A stretch of DNA of 64,000 nucleotides, from positions 868,001-932,000 of the forward strand of contig JAQGDQ010000009.1 of NCBI GenBank assembly GCA_030141605.1, given 5' to 3'. The notes beneath the pieces are model-generated. The model did not search any database, was not told the origin of the DNA, and was given only the letters and a program-made list of their open reading frames with translations. The position numbers and the translations under genes were made by a program. This document shows, one piece after another, positions 51,611 through 64,000 of this stretch (position 1 is the stretch's first letter; every line of letters starts with the position of its first letter). The stretch is from Tubiluchus corallicola. Taxonomy: Eukaryota > Animalia > Priapulida.

Positions 51611-54600
51611 TGTGTATGTATGTATGTATGTATTTATGTATGTTTGCATGCATGTATGTATTATTATTATTTTTAATAAGTAAACCATTAATTTACTTTG
51701 TTGTAACTGTATTTGACATAGCATGTTGGTTTGTTATATATTAAACATAATCTGAAGAAAATGTGTGCAGAACACTGAGCGAGAGAGAAGAAATGAAAAG
51801 GAGGGAGGGGAAAACAGAGGGGCAACAGAGAGAGAGAATGCGTATGGAGAGGGAAATCTGGCATTAATCTTCTAAATTTTAATTTTCATGTGCAGCAGTT
51901 TTTTTATATTTCGACAGCTCAGAGCTCATTCAACAACATTCAGTTTTCTAAGCTGGCCTCTACTTGAAATGCTATGTGACATATGACTAAAGTAGTTTAA
52001 ACTGCTGTGAAACTTACTAATTGTTTTGCAGGAATCTACTGATAACAAAGATTCTGGAGCCGTGGCAGTTATCCTAGTGGCCCGGCGACACTTACTCAGC
52101 ATTTTGCCCCGTATTGTGAGTTGCATGGCCACTATGTGGTCAGCTGTCGGTGTGTCTGAAGACTTTGCACAGAATGGACGCAGCAAAAAATCTTTAACAG
52201 AGAGCAGTTGGACAATGGGCACACCAAAGGTAAATGGTGAACATACAGTGGTCAATATAATATAATTTTGAATTCATCTTTGGTTTAATTTCACTTTGAG
52301 GAAACTCGAGAATATAGGAAACTTGAGTTTTATAAAAAATACTAATTAGTGATGCAATGCCTAATACCTAAAATTAACAATTACTGTATAAGTTCTTTTC
52401 ATATTTTTTAATTTTATATATTATACCTTTGTTATCAAAACGGCAGCTTTCTTAAATACTTCGTTTTGGTTTAGTGATTAGTACATCTATACTGATGTTT
52501 ACATAACTTTTTCTTGTTGTTTTTCATCTGTTTGGCTATACTAGCCATTTTTTGTCATAAGTGTGATTTTTCTTGGACTTTTCACGCCTAAACATTAATT
52601 ACTATAATTATAGCAATCAATATCACCATGTTCATAATTATTTATTAATAAGATGCATTTTTTGGGTAGAGTGTTAAACAACGGATAATCGAGTTTCTGA
52701 GTCCACTTTGCTTAAACTACAGCTTAAATTTGCTTGCCGCCGTCGCTGTAGTTTGGAATGAGCGCAGGAAAAAGGGTGATATTCCTCAGATATGCAGACA
52801 GGTATTGGCAGAATTATTCATTTATTTCCTTCTTTTTTATGTTATCAGTTATCGTAGAATTATAAAGTACAGCTAAAATTCTTGTAATATGTATCACAAT
52901 TACAAGTTATTGTTTATTAGTATGTTTAACTACCATACTTGGCTTGCGAGATTGATGTCTTTATCTATCAGATGCTAAAGGTAATGTGTTTTCTATACTT
53001 GGTTGTAATTTTACATTTATTGCTTGACTAATAGCTGCATAGTATAAAATATTCGTGAACTTTTTCTCAAACTGAACGTTACTACTTTATGACAATGTTA
53101 TAAGTTTTATAAAAGTTACATTATTTGTTATCTAGGCAGTACCATCAGCAAATCAAGAACAGCTGGTTCTAGTCGATCTAGTTTGTGCTATTAAAGTAAT
53201 GCCGACAGATACCCTGATACAGACAGCGAAACAAGTAATAAAACAGCCGCCGCCAACAAATAGGAGTGACTTAGTAAGTAAGATTGTGGTATTGATTTGT
53301 ATATTTCTACTTCTAGTTGTAATGTGTCACTTTTTCTTATGACTGCACTTTTTCACAAAAACTCTTCAAATTAAAATGTAAATCAATGCTTACGTAACAT
53401 TTTAATATCTATCCTGGCATGATATTGAGATAAAAATAGAAATAGATATTGTACTCTGTAATTGTATTTTGATTTTCAGAAAACGCCACTAGAGGTCAGT
53501 CTACTGCAGTTTTTCTATGCTTATGTTCAACGTGTGACTGCTGGTCAGTTGCAAGACAGTTGGCCTTCTCTACTAAGTTTACTCAAGGAATGTCTGCAGT
53601 TGGAACTTATTGCCCAGGGAAGATTCTTGTTGTTTCTGTAAGTGCTTGTATGTAAATTCTTCAATGTTTTCATGCAATGATACCATTAGTGTAACTAGAA
53701 CTAATATATATGCCTTATACGATTAGTGAGTTTTTGTAGTTTGTCTTGTTCACTAATTGTGTGTCTAGAAACATTTCGTAAAATAACCATGAAACTTGCA
53801 GAAAATTTGCCTTTGCAAGTTCAATCTTTTAAGTTTGAAAGGTCAAAGGTTTAAGTCATTAGGCAGTTTAGTAGGTCTCAGCTTAACAAATACTTTGAAA
53901 AGTCAGAATATGGTGTGACATATTATCGGTGACTAACAAAATGTAGCAGACTTCGTGGTCGAATGGGTATATGCGCAGATTTGCATGAATGGCTCATGGT
54001 GCTTACGTTCGATACTCACTCTTGGTAATGGTAATTTCGTTTGTAGTGTTGAACCTGACTGTTTACTTCGTAAAAGAAAAATGTATCTGAGACACATCTA
54101 CCAGTTCCAAGGTTTATTATAGGAGAGTGTCCTTCATAATTAAATCAGTTAGGTTCTGGTCATGCCACAAACATTGTGTTGAGTAGGCCCTGACGCTGAA
54201 TGCTGATGTTGCATTGTGCATATATGACGGCTCATTCAGACTAGTAAGTTTCCTTTCGCACATTTTTTCTTCGACAGCAAATTTGCAAGTGTGAACTGCT
54301 TTGCAAGTTACTGTCGGCTGCAAATTGCAAACTCTAAGAGTTGCTACAACTTAATTTACTGTCTAGTTTGAATACTTCGGTGAGTTACTCTCGACATTTC
54401 TCGCAGAGAGAAGAGAGAAGAGATTGTCTACTTGGTGAGAAAACTCGCTTGTCTTAATAAACCCTAAAATATGTTGCCAATATAGCAACATTTCAAAACT
54501 TCAGTGCTTTTAGTGTAGTTGAGATTTACTTACCATGTTTCAGTTTTTGTAATAATCACATTAAAAAATTTTCTAGGATACTAAACACAGTTATTAACAA

Positions 54601-57600
54601 GATGCCTGCATTTCAAGAGCGCAAGGAGCAAAAGGATTTACAGGAAGTCACACAGAAACTCGTTGAAGCTTGCAGCTTTATTGCTGGTCTTTCATTAGAA
54701 CAAACGACCTGGTTTCGCAAAAACCTCGCTGTGAAATCTACACCACAACCGTACCTGGAAGATGACTTAGACGGTATAATTGTATTTTTGTTATAAATGT
54801 TTGACTGAACCGTTTTTGTGCCATTCATTCATAATACCTTCGTTATAAATATGTATTAATTTAATTTATTTTCAGAAACACCTTCCTCGCTTGAGGTACC
54901 AGCTTCTCAAACTGATAAATCCCTTGCAGTTGCCAGTGTGAAGGCTTTGTGTTTATTAGCGGAGGTATGTCAGCCATTTTTACTTCCTTTGTTTTTGAAT
55001 GAGTTTGAAATTTTCTACATTGAAAGTGTGGAATACTGACTTTTAAGTGCATATTAAAACTTATCCTCTGTATATGCATTAAATAACAAATAAATAAGTT
55101 GTAGTTTTTGCAGACCTTATCTAAATTAAGATGCTAGTGGTTGATTACACTGGACAAAATTCTGCAATATACAAAGAATATTTTGATGGTTTTGTCAAAA
55201 ATAGTTTAGCTTTTCACTAATTTTTTTTTACACGATTTGTAAAATATGACTTAAGCACATACAATATAATAAAAAAAATTGTTTTGGTCAGCATTTAGCA
55301 CCGATGTTAGACATTGTGTTTGGAAGTGACGACAAGGAGAAGGTGCTGCCTCTACTGACAAATGTCATGAGTAATGTTACTCCATACCTGAAGAACCACA
55401 GGTAGGACGTTTATAATATAATATGCTCTGTGTATTGCAGCTATAGAAGTGATTATTATTTGCATTAATTGCTGTAATTGATTGCATATTTGTATGTACT
55501 TAATGCTGATGTACTTTGCTAATGAATCGCTTACAAGCAAAGGTTTACTACTGTGATTACTACTTTTTTGTCTAAACGTATTTTTATTTGCTCATAACCT
55601 TTGGTATACAGTTCCTTTCAGCCTGAATGAATTTTACTCAAGGTTTAAGTTTACAATCAAGTTTTTGCAGTGTTCGAGTTTTAAGTTTGTAATAACTACC
55701 TGACTGGTCCCACTAATAATTATTTAGTCTATACAAGGCATAGTTATTTAACTAACATTTTGCAATTTGCTCTATGAATTTGGCTCGTTTTGGCCATTTT
55801 TCCCACTTTGAATTCGACTAAATTTGGCTAAGTTTCGTTTAGTTTTATCCCGAATTTGGTTGCAATATGGCTCCATCATTGGCCACCCTGCCTGAAGACT
55901 TTACATATTGAGCACTGGCGTAAATTAATACTGTAATTCCTACAATTCAAGTAACAGAATTTTCTTTATTTTTTATCTCTTTTCTAGTTTGGTAGATAAA
56001 CTTGAAATGTAAGTCAAGAGAACTCATTCATGTTTAACAAGTTACTTTTTTTAATAGTTGTTTAATTGTTAAGTTCATAAATTCACAAAAAAGTGGACAG
56101 GTTCATCCCATCACTGGTTCTTGCTATGCTATTGTGAGTAACTTATGACTTGGTTACATTAAAAGCAAATTTCATCGAAGATTATTTTTGCTCTATTATT
56201 GCACTCACCACTTTGTATTCAAATTCTTGCCTTTTCAATAATAAATCTTGATTTTATTATTTATTGTTAGGTAGTTATGTAAGTGTAATACTTGAAACAC
56301 TATCACATATTAGGAGATACATACAAATGTTTTATAATTATTTAATTTTGTTAATTCTGTTTACTTCGTAATAATTTTCAGCCAACACAACATGCCCAGT
56401 TTCCGCGCTTGTTCTCAATTATTATCAAGCTTGAGTGGATATCAGTACACCCGCAAAGCCTGGCGTAGAGAAGTCCTCGACCTGTTACTTGATGTAACAT
56501 TCTTTCAAATGGAATCTCTTTGCTTGTCATACTGGCGAGCCATTGTGGACCATTTAATGACTCAAGATAAAATGACTTTCAAGGATTTAATGAGTAAGTT
56601 GATCAACTAATGTCGTATTGATCACTTTAAGGTCTTACTGAGTAAATGTGTTTTGCCTAAGAAATATAATTTTAAATAGCAGTAATGCTATTTGATCTTG
56701 CATAATTGAGATAAGTCATGTACTTCCAATATTGGAATTGGAACTCCTTACAAACTTCTTCATTTACTATCTAAACTAGCCTGAGCTCCTTTTGTATAGT
56801 TTTTATTTTGTCTATATAGTTCTATATTCTGCATGTTTTATTTGTTTTATAAAATACTTTGTGTATTGATTTAAACTTAAAGTAAATAAGAAGTTGCTAA
56901 TATCATTATTTATTTTTTTCATATTCATGCTTTACTTTTGTTTAGTTTTAGTAAACTAGACCCTATTGCACTTAAATTATTTAGCTAATTTTCTACAAAA
57001 CGATATCATGCACAAGAAATGACATAAAGTATTTTGCTTTTGTACATGAAAAATTTACACATGCATTTACAGTAAAATTTAGTCAAAGATTTAAAACAAG
57101 CTGCATTTTTCCACAGTTTGCTTTAAATATTTTTTGTCACATTTTTTCTGATCAAAATTAGTTGTTATTTAGCAAAAATTATTTTCCTGCATTTTGCATT
57201 TCTACATGTACTGTGATTTAAGTGCAAAAGTCAGCCAACATCATTTTCCATCTAAGTACGGGAATGCTTTTTAATTTTGTTAAAATTTTTTTGGAGGTTT
57301 TATCATTATAAATTTCGCTATGCGTTACAAATTTATAAACAAATTACCTTTGTCTCATTCATTATTCAGTATTCAATTCATTTTCATTAATTTCAGGTCG
57401 GATTGCAACCAGTGCATCACTGAATCTGTTTTCCAGTAGAGAAGCCGAGTACGAACAGCGATCTCAGTTGTTGAAAAAACTGTCTTTCACCATATTTTCC
57501 AGTGAGGTAGACCAGTATGAAAACTACATGCCAGACATACAGGGTGGGTGGAAAGGTCCTTCTAAATTTAATTGATTAGTTTATGTACGTGTAATTAAGC

Positions 57601-60600
57601 TTGTTTTGTACAATTAGTGTAGTCTTTGAACAACTTTTCTTTCATATAAACAACTTTCTCTTGCAGAAAGATTAGCCGAATGCCTCCGGATGCCTCAAGC
57701 ACCCATATTACAAGCTCAAGTGTTTCTCTGCTTCCGTGTACTGCTCATCCGCATCTCTCCACACCACCTAGTCTCTCTTTGGCCTACCATCATTACCGAA
57801 ATGGTAGGTATTTTCAATCAGTTGTAATGATTTATTTTAATTAACTAGCAGCATAACCTTATTCAAATGCTTCCATTAAGTCAACAGCAAATGTGACTTA
57901 TAATAAATATTTTGCAGTTAATTCTGTTTGTTTGACCATTTGCTGTGGAAGTAAAAGTTGAAGGCTGATTTTCTCATATGAAGAGTAAAATCTGTTACAT
58001 GCTAAATGAATAAGAATCATGAATAATTATAACTGGAATGATGAAATATACATAGTCGTAATTGTAATATTTATCAATGTTGACAAAAATCCCAGAAAAA
58101 TAAAAAATAAAAACCTCAACAGTTGACTTGTTTATCAAATCTGCTCTTCTAACTGCATGGTAATCCTTCACTGATAAGTTTACTAAGGCACTGTTTTGTT
58201 ATTTTTTATAATACTTGCTGATGGATGCCATGGTTACCATTTTGAACAAATTAACATTTCCGTATTGGTAATATTGTAAGGTTTTGGTGGATTAAATGTG
58301 TTGCAGGTTCATGTGTTTTTGCAAATAGAACAGGAGCTGTCCACTGAAACAGAAGAGTTCAGGTATAACATTAGCTTCTTAATTGCAATATTTGTTTTAG
58401 TCATTAGTTTTTAATGAATGTACAATAGCAGTGTGTTGGTAGTTTGCATAGAGCAAACGTTTTGTATCATTTCTGATTTGTAAGTGAACATTATTAAGAA
58501 TTGTGATAATTGTTAGAACTGATAATAATTAATTTCGTGAAGGATTAAAGTAGAATTTTTGTTCAAGTTGGATTATAGAAATTAGCACTGCATGTTGAGA
58601 GACTTTTAAGTACTTTTGTTTACTGAATTTTCTAAAAGTTGCTTACTAATTTATGTAATTATTTTATTTTTATGTCTAGGAGAGGTTCAAGGTATTTGCT
58701 TTTCTTTTATTGATGTTATACAGTTTTTTTTGCTCTGAATATACAGCAAATTTGTGCTGTTTTGCCACTTATGCTTGCAAATTAACCTGCCACAAATCGG
58801 AGTTTTATTTTAACTACAAAATAACATCGATCTGCTTAAGAATGATGTCTTTTGATCAGCGAGTTTGTCTCTTAGTAGCTTGGCAACTTGTTTAGCGACA
58901 TTTAAGAATAATTACATCAAAACTGCTTGTAGAATTTAAAGGAAAACCGGACGATTGTTCAGACTCAATCTCATTTTAATTTGCTGTCCAAAATGTACAT
59001 TTTCTTGCCTATAAACATGTGCAATTGTTTCTTATATTTGAATAAGTAGCTTAGAAAGTTCATTAACGGCAACCGAACACAGCTATTGTTTACGTCAGAA
59101 ACTAACCACAGTTTGTGCAATGGTAGGCATCTTCTCTGCATGGCAAGCACGTTTGCATGAGTGTTACTGCTTAAACAGGTGATGTCACGAAAATGGGGTC
59201 TATGTTATATGACAGCAGAAACTAACACTGCAGTTTATGATCAAGGTTATCACGGTACCGCCTTCTATTTGTTGGTCATGCGCATGTGACAAAAAGGCGT
59301 CATTGCCACACTTAGTAGATTCACTGAGCCATGCATAGCTTTGAAAGTTTGAAAAAATTTGAGTATCCGAGGTAATTATTATTTAATCTAAACTGTAATT
59401 TAAAAAAACGTTATTGTAGTTTTCAATGTTAGAGCATTCTTTATTCTGAACTTATGTTGACACAATCGTCCGGTTTTCCTTCAAGCATAAAAATTCTTCA
59501 CATTTTGAAAAATGTGTGGCATGTTTTTGTTTTTGACGTTAAGAGTTTTTCTTATGCTCACCAATATAACTGTAAAGTATGTGCAGCGCAAGAGAATAAA
59601 TTATGCATGGTATAATGTTTTAATGCATGTAATATAACTTTCTGATTTTTGAATGCAAAATATGTTTTATTTGTGTGGCATAGGCATGCATGTATACAAT
59701 CTTTGTCTTACAGTTTCATTTATCACTGTCTTTGAACTTTGGTTTAATTATGAACTGTTGTTTTATAGTGTGTTACTGCTTTTTTCTATTGCTGCAGTTT
59801 TGATGAGAATTTGACACTGAGACAATGTTATACAAGTGCTAAACTGATAAATCAAAATGTTCAATAGTGGTGTTGAAGATGGTGATATTTCTTTGTAAAA
59901 ACAGATTTTTAGCATGCAACTATAATTTAAAAATCAGCTGTTTAACAAAATCAATAAACTAAAAAAATACGTAATCGTATGTTATTTTGTCCTATCAGTT
60001 AGCAGATCATTACTAGCAATTGCTATTTTTCTGTCACACTTTTGTTATGCAATCATCTTTTGTCTCTAGGCAGCATTTAAAAACTCTTAGTACACTGGAT
60101 TCTAGCTGGGCTATATTTGGTAACAATGGACTGAATGCTCACAATAATCCGCATTGGTTGAATTTGTATCTCTCTGTTTGTAAACTGTTGGATTTAGCGC
60201 TTGTCCTTCCTGCTGATACACAGCCGCAGTTCCAGCTGTAAGCATTCATTTATCGTGCATTTAAATTTTTTGAACATTAACATGAGTGATATTTTGTATG
60301 TGAAATAAAGGAATTATAGATGAAAGTGTGAATAAATTAAAGAGTTAAACAAATTTCTTGAACTTTAATTTTAAATGAATTTCACAAGAATCAAAATCGT
60401 TTGTCCTTCAACTTGCTGAGAATTTTAAATGAGATTTTATAATAAAATGTTTAAGTAACAAGTGATGTGCATAAATTCATCTTTGTCTTGCAAATGAAAT
60501 ATCTGTCACTTTGAACCACTCTGAATATCAATCTGTCAGACAAGTTGGTTTTAATATATGACTAGTTACTTTTCTTACTTACCATAAGTCAGCAAAAGGC

Positions 60601-62117
60601 CAGTAACATAGCTTATCAAGCTAATCCAATAGCAACTAAATGTGGTAATGAAAGAAAATTATTGTCATTTTATGGTAATATCCATTAGGAGAGTTCAAAT
60701 GTCGTTTTTGTTATTTAGAACCTAACATCTGAGACTGTCTCAATGAGCACGGTGTCAGGCAGCTTGTTTGTGGCTACAACTTCAAAATTTTTCAAGTGTT
60801 GAGTAATATCTTACAATGTTGGCAGTTAGTTACATATTCTAATCATTAGGTGTTGTTGGTTCAATTAACTATTATATAAACCAAGTAAAAACTTCTTTAA
60901 TTTATTTTTGTTTATGGTGTTTAACTTAATGAAGTAGTGCAGTCTATTATAACAAAACTTGCTCAGTTATTATAGCTTTTCCATACAATTAGTTTTGTTC
61001 CATTACAATAATTTTTTCTTGTGTTTGACTATGTGTGCTCTTTGAACCAGTCCAGTGGAAATCACACGTGTTGTGAACTATACTTAGATAACTCAGCATT
61101 TTAAGCTTGTTTTTCAGTTGAACATGTTAATAAAGATTTTCTTAGCTATGGTATCTATAAAGAGTGTATTCAATATAACACGAGAGTATAATGAGTAAAA
61201 AAATAATGCGAGATAGCAACATCATTACTGTCCTGTTTGATTTTTATAGTCGTTTTATCTTAATGATGAACAATGATATAGAAATTTTGATAATTTTTTT
61301 TAGATACAAATGGACTTTCACGGGTGACTCGAGTGCGGAGAGAAAGTTTGACGAAACTCCCGAGTTTGTACCTCATTGTAGGAGAATATACAATTTACTG
61401 CATGCTAAGGTGAGTCACTTAGAAATGCCGTACATTTTCATTTTTGTTCTTATGAGTGTCAATAAGAAATGAAAAAAACAAATGGATATAACTTCCATAG
61501 TACCTATGCACGAGCTGCCACTGCCCACTTTTCAGCAAACTTAGTATTATTGGATTAAGACTCTGACTGAAGCGAAAAGTGTATGATTACGTCTCTAGAC
61601 TCTGCTACAATAACCTCCGTACATGGCAGAATGGTAAATGTGACACATGATCCCCAAAAGCTGCTGTAATTATGGACTAAATTTTACCGGCGTCACTTAT
61701 GAGTAACACACAAAATCAAGTTCCGATTTTTTTCGGAAATGACACCTTCATCAACTGTAACTGAACAAACTTGTCATCAGAACAGCCATCAGAACTTGTC
61801 TGTCTGATGTTCACAATTAGTCTTTCTCTTGTATTTTTGCGATGAGTTTATCAAATTGATACATAGATAGACAGAGAGATAGATAGATAGATAGATAGCT
61901 AGATAGATAGGTAGGTAGATAGATAGATAGATAGATGGATGGATGGATGGATGGATGGATGGATGGATGGATGGATGGATGGATGGATGGATGGATGGAT
62001 GGATGGATGGATGGATGGATGGATGGATGGATGGATGGATGGATGGATGGATGGATGGATGGATGGATGGATGGATGGATGGATGGATGGATGGATGGAT
62101 GGATGGATGGATAGATG

Positions 62118-62163
<46 letters not shown>

Positions 62164-63920
62164 CCGACCGACCGACCGACAGACAGACAGACTGACAGCA
62201 GACAGACAGACAGCCAAAGACATGATAGAGTCACAGAACCTCCCACAGTAAAATCCTAGGTTTTCAGTCTCCATCTTAGTTAATTAGTCAAAAGTTCATT
62301 AAGAGTTAGTTCATCTTTAAAACCTAAAACTCTCCAAAGAACGTAATACCTGCCAGTGGCTTAAACTGGTAGTCTTTTAAACTAGAAGTAGTAGATGTGA
62401 ACCAATATTTAACCATCTGCACCGTACGAAAAAAATCTGCTGTTGTTTAGTAGACCAAAATGACTTTGCTGGCGAGTAAACTCAAAATTATTAGTGCACA
62501 GTGCTTTGATTCTAAAGGTATTTACTTCTAAAGTTATTTCATGCAAATTCTAATGTAAATTTTATGGCTTTTAACAGTGCCAGTCATTTCATAATTTTCG
62601 AGAAGGGTTGGAATATTGATATTTTTGAATTCTGCGAGGATTTTTTTAATAACAAAGTTATTTTTATTTTAAAATTATTTATTTCCATTTTTAATCAGAA
62701 ATAGCCCAAGCAACTAGCAAATTTTGAAAGTGATACTTGAAGTTATAAATTTGGTTTTACATCTTGTTAGCTAGTCATTTAGTAGGGACAGCTTCTTACT
62801 AGATTGTTTAGTTTCTTCCATTTGAATTTCACAACCATAGTGAATGATATCTAACTGAGACTTCACTTGTGCTCATATGCGAATAAGTGATTTTTTGGCA
62901 ACTCAGTAATTCATTGCAGTTAATTGTTTTTTCTAGTAGAGTTTTTACTTCAGTTAAAATGACAAAATTATAAATTCCATATGTAGTAATTCAAGTTAGC
63001 TGTTCTAACTTTTGTTAACTGCAGGGCAAGTCTTATGCTCATCATTATCTCTCTGGATACAACGCGTTTTGCAGAAATTCCTTTGAGAAGTTGCTCTGTC
63101 ATTGCTAATTCTTGTGTCAATGCAAATTTTTGGAGAATGATACATTGTGTAGACCTGTAAATAATCATCATGCAAACATTATGACAACTGGAATATTTGA
63201 TGGCACAACTCTTTAGAAGCTGATACTCTAGCTCTTTACCTACCCATACAGCAAAAATTTAGAATGTGTACATTTATTTATATATAACTATCCACAGTTA
63301 AGCTCAATATAGAACAAGGTGTGTCAACTGTTCAGCTTATGTAGTGCGATCATTACGTCTTATATTTTATATCTTAAAAATAATGTAGTTGTAATTTTTT
63401 GGAGTCTTTCGTTCCCTGGTGTCTTTATCATCAAGATTCTGAACAGTGAAAGTTAGCTTAGTGGCAACTAATAATAATTTATAAGAAACATATTTTTAAT
63501 TTTTTAATTAGATAATCAAATCTGCTCTTGAGACACTGTTTAGCAGTGCACTTTTAAAGACTTATTTCTTCATTCATTAGTTTGTAGCTGTTTGTTTAAT
63601 AGTTCTCAATGAACTGCACACATGTTATTCTTATTATCCACTACTTTTATTGCTAAGAAACAATAGCGACGAAAGTTGTTTGTGGTGTTGGATAATAGTT
63701 ATTTTGCATTTCTTTCAGTGCCCAGACAAAACCCAGTCATTGCCACACACGCCTGGTCATCCCATACTGACCGTCACTTCAGTCCATTCTTTACAAGATC
63801 TAAAGCCATTCTTCAGTACCATCTGTAACATCAGCCAATCTGGGCAGGTATTCCAGGCAACTGGTCAATCAAAAGAGTTGTGTCATCGGAGAGAACTTGA
63901 TACTAGAGCTTCCATAAAAG
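36528..63920 (+). CDS. DOP1A: Protein dopey-1 (DOP1/DOPEY1 family, MON2-associated Golgi/endosome trafficking scaffold); 33 coding exons in window, 3' end probably beyond the window
   Basis: Exons 36528-36674, 37372-37516, 37847-37972, 38476-38557, 38862-39051, 39773-40537, 40850-41092, 41759-41900, 42351-42513, 42727-42911, 44339-44515, 44991-45105, 45297-45447, 46329-46481, 46957-47060, 48022-48214, 48456-48596, 49345-50897, 51313-51502, 52032-52229, 52670-52801, 53136-53273, 53480-53637, 54577-54773, 54876-54964, 55292-55401, 56382-56593, 57397-57543, 57667-57803, 58307-58362, 60070-60237, 61304-61409, 63719-63920. They join into one frame of 7015 nt. Dopey_N motifs: [80 protein letters not shown]-terminal motifs: [40 protein letters not shown]. 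Confidence 0.96.
39655..39688. repeat. (GA)n microsatellite
   Basis: Interrupted GA run in a DOP1 intron. Confidence 0.85.
47852..47893. repeat. 21-bp tandem duplication
   Basis: AGCCAATGTCCTAGTGGTGAG followed directly by AGCCAATGTCTTAGTGGCGAG (2 mismatches). Confidence 0.9.
48718..48860 (+). mobile_element. Possible degenerate SINE fragment
   Basis: A-box-like TAGCTAAGTGG and a CTTGAGCAAGGCA motif resembling conserved SINE central domains; no clear B-box. Confidence 0.3.
51535..51660. repeat. Compound microsatellite (TG)n(TGCG)n(TGTA)n
   Basis: Directly visible, just downstream of DOP1 exon 51313-51502. Confidence 0.95.
53950..54025 (+). mobile_element. tRNA-derived SINE-like head
   Basis: A-box TGGTCGAATGG and B-box-like GTTCGATAC about 40 nt downstream; no intact cloverleaf. 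Confidence 0.4.
54229..54464 (+). mobile_element. Non-autonomous DNA transposon (MITE, PIF/Harbinger-like termini), copy 2
   Basis: Imperfect TIRs GGCTCATTCAGACTAGTAAGTTT / AAACTCGCTTGTCTTAATAAACCC; homologous to the reverse complement of 6381-6695. Confidence 0.7.
55620..56120 (+). mobile_element. Dispersed repeat, copy 2 (related to 34748-35389), apparently 5'-truncated
   Basis: Colinear shared blocks with copy 1, ending in CCCATCACTG. Confidence 0.65.
58680..58691 (+). CDS. DOP1A: Candidate 12-nt frame-preserving microexon of DOP1 (adds 4 residues: EEF-R-RGS-R-QHL)
   Basis: Branch-like TACTAAT at 58644-58650, T-rich tract, TAG|GAGAGGTTCAAG|GTATTT. Phase 2-2, matching the flanking exons that end at 58362 and start at 60070; no stop codon. 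Confidence 0.6.
58940..59480. mobile_element. Non-autonomous TTAA-targeting DNA transposon (Kolobok-like MITE), 541 bp
   Basis: Perfect 19-bp TIRs AGGAAAACCGGACGATTGT / ACAATCGTCCGGTTTTCCT, flanked by TTAA on the left and TCAA on the right. Purine termini with a TTAA target fit Kolobok better than piggyBac (CCC termini). Confidence 0.8.
61863..62213. repeat. Compound tetranucleotide microsatellite (GATA)n(GGAT)n(GATA)n(GACC)n(GACA)n
   Basis: Directly visible; about 180 bp of pure GGAT at the centre. Confidence 0.97.
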
Positions 63921-64000
63921 GTATAAAATTTTGTCATACCGAAACTGTGGATTGTTTGCCTTATTGCTGTCTATTTTTTGAATAATATACTTTTTTTAAA

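Noticed and set aside
51474-51744. (CV)n and (HT)n repeat ORFs (also 8261-8503 and 23530-23730)
   Set aside because: Translations of dinucleotide microsatellites.
61789-62274. ORFs encoding (HPSI)n and (MDGW)n repeat proteins
   Set aside because: Translations of the GGAT/GATA microsatellite inside a DOP1 intron.

Overview
AT-rich, intron-dense animal genomic DNA, probably an invertebrate (the SH3BGR N-terminus looks protostome-like; the species cannot be determined). It is not prokaryotic, and most short ORFs in the track are exon fragments or noise. Hand-splicing at GT-AG sites with consistent intron phases gives three genes: (1) a lebercilin/LCA5-like ciliary gene on the minus strand (10 coding exons, 1834-13374, about 690 aa); (2) head-to-head with it, an SH3BGR-family gene on the plus strand (13 coding exons, 16831-31341, about 406 aa) whose roughly 300-aa Glu/Lys tail is built from nine short frame-neutral phase-0 cassette exons plus a last exon; (3) a Dopey/DOP1 gene on the plus strand (33 coding exons, about 2338 codons from 36528, probably running off the right edge) with a candidate 12-nt microexon. 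Introns hold several non-autonomous DNA transposons, tRNA-derived SINE-like heads and compound microsatellites. No new enzymatic or defence system is visible. The best leads are a possibly splicing-tunable acidic tail on SH3BGR, an apparently ancient LCA5-SH3BGR(-DOP1) gene linkage, an intronic RFX/forkhead/E2F motif cluster in LCA5, and the DOP1 microexon. All gene models are manual and lack transcript support.
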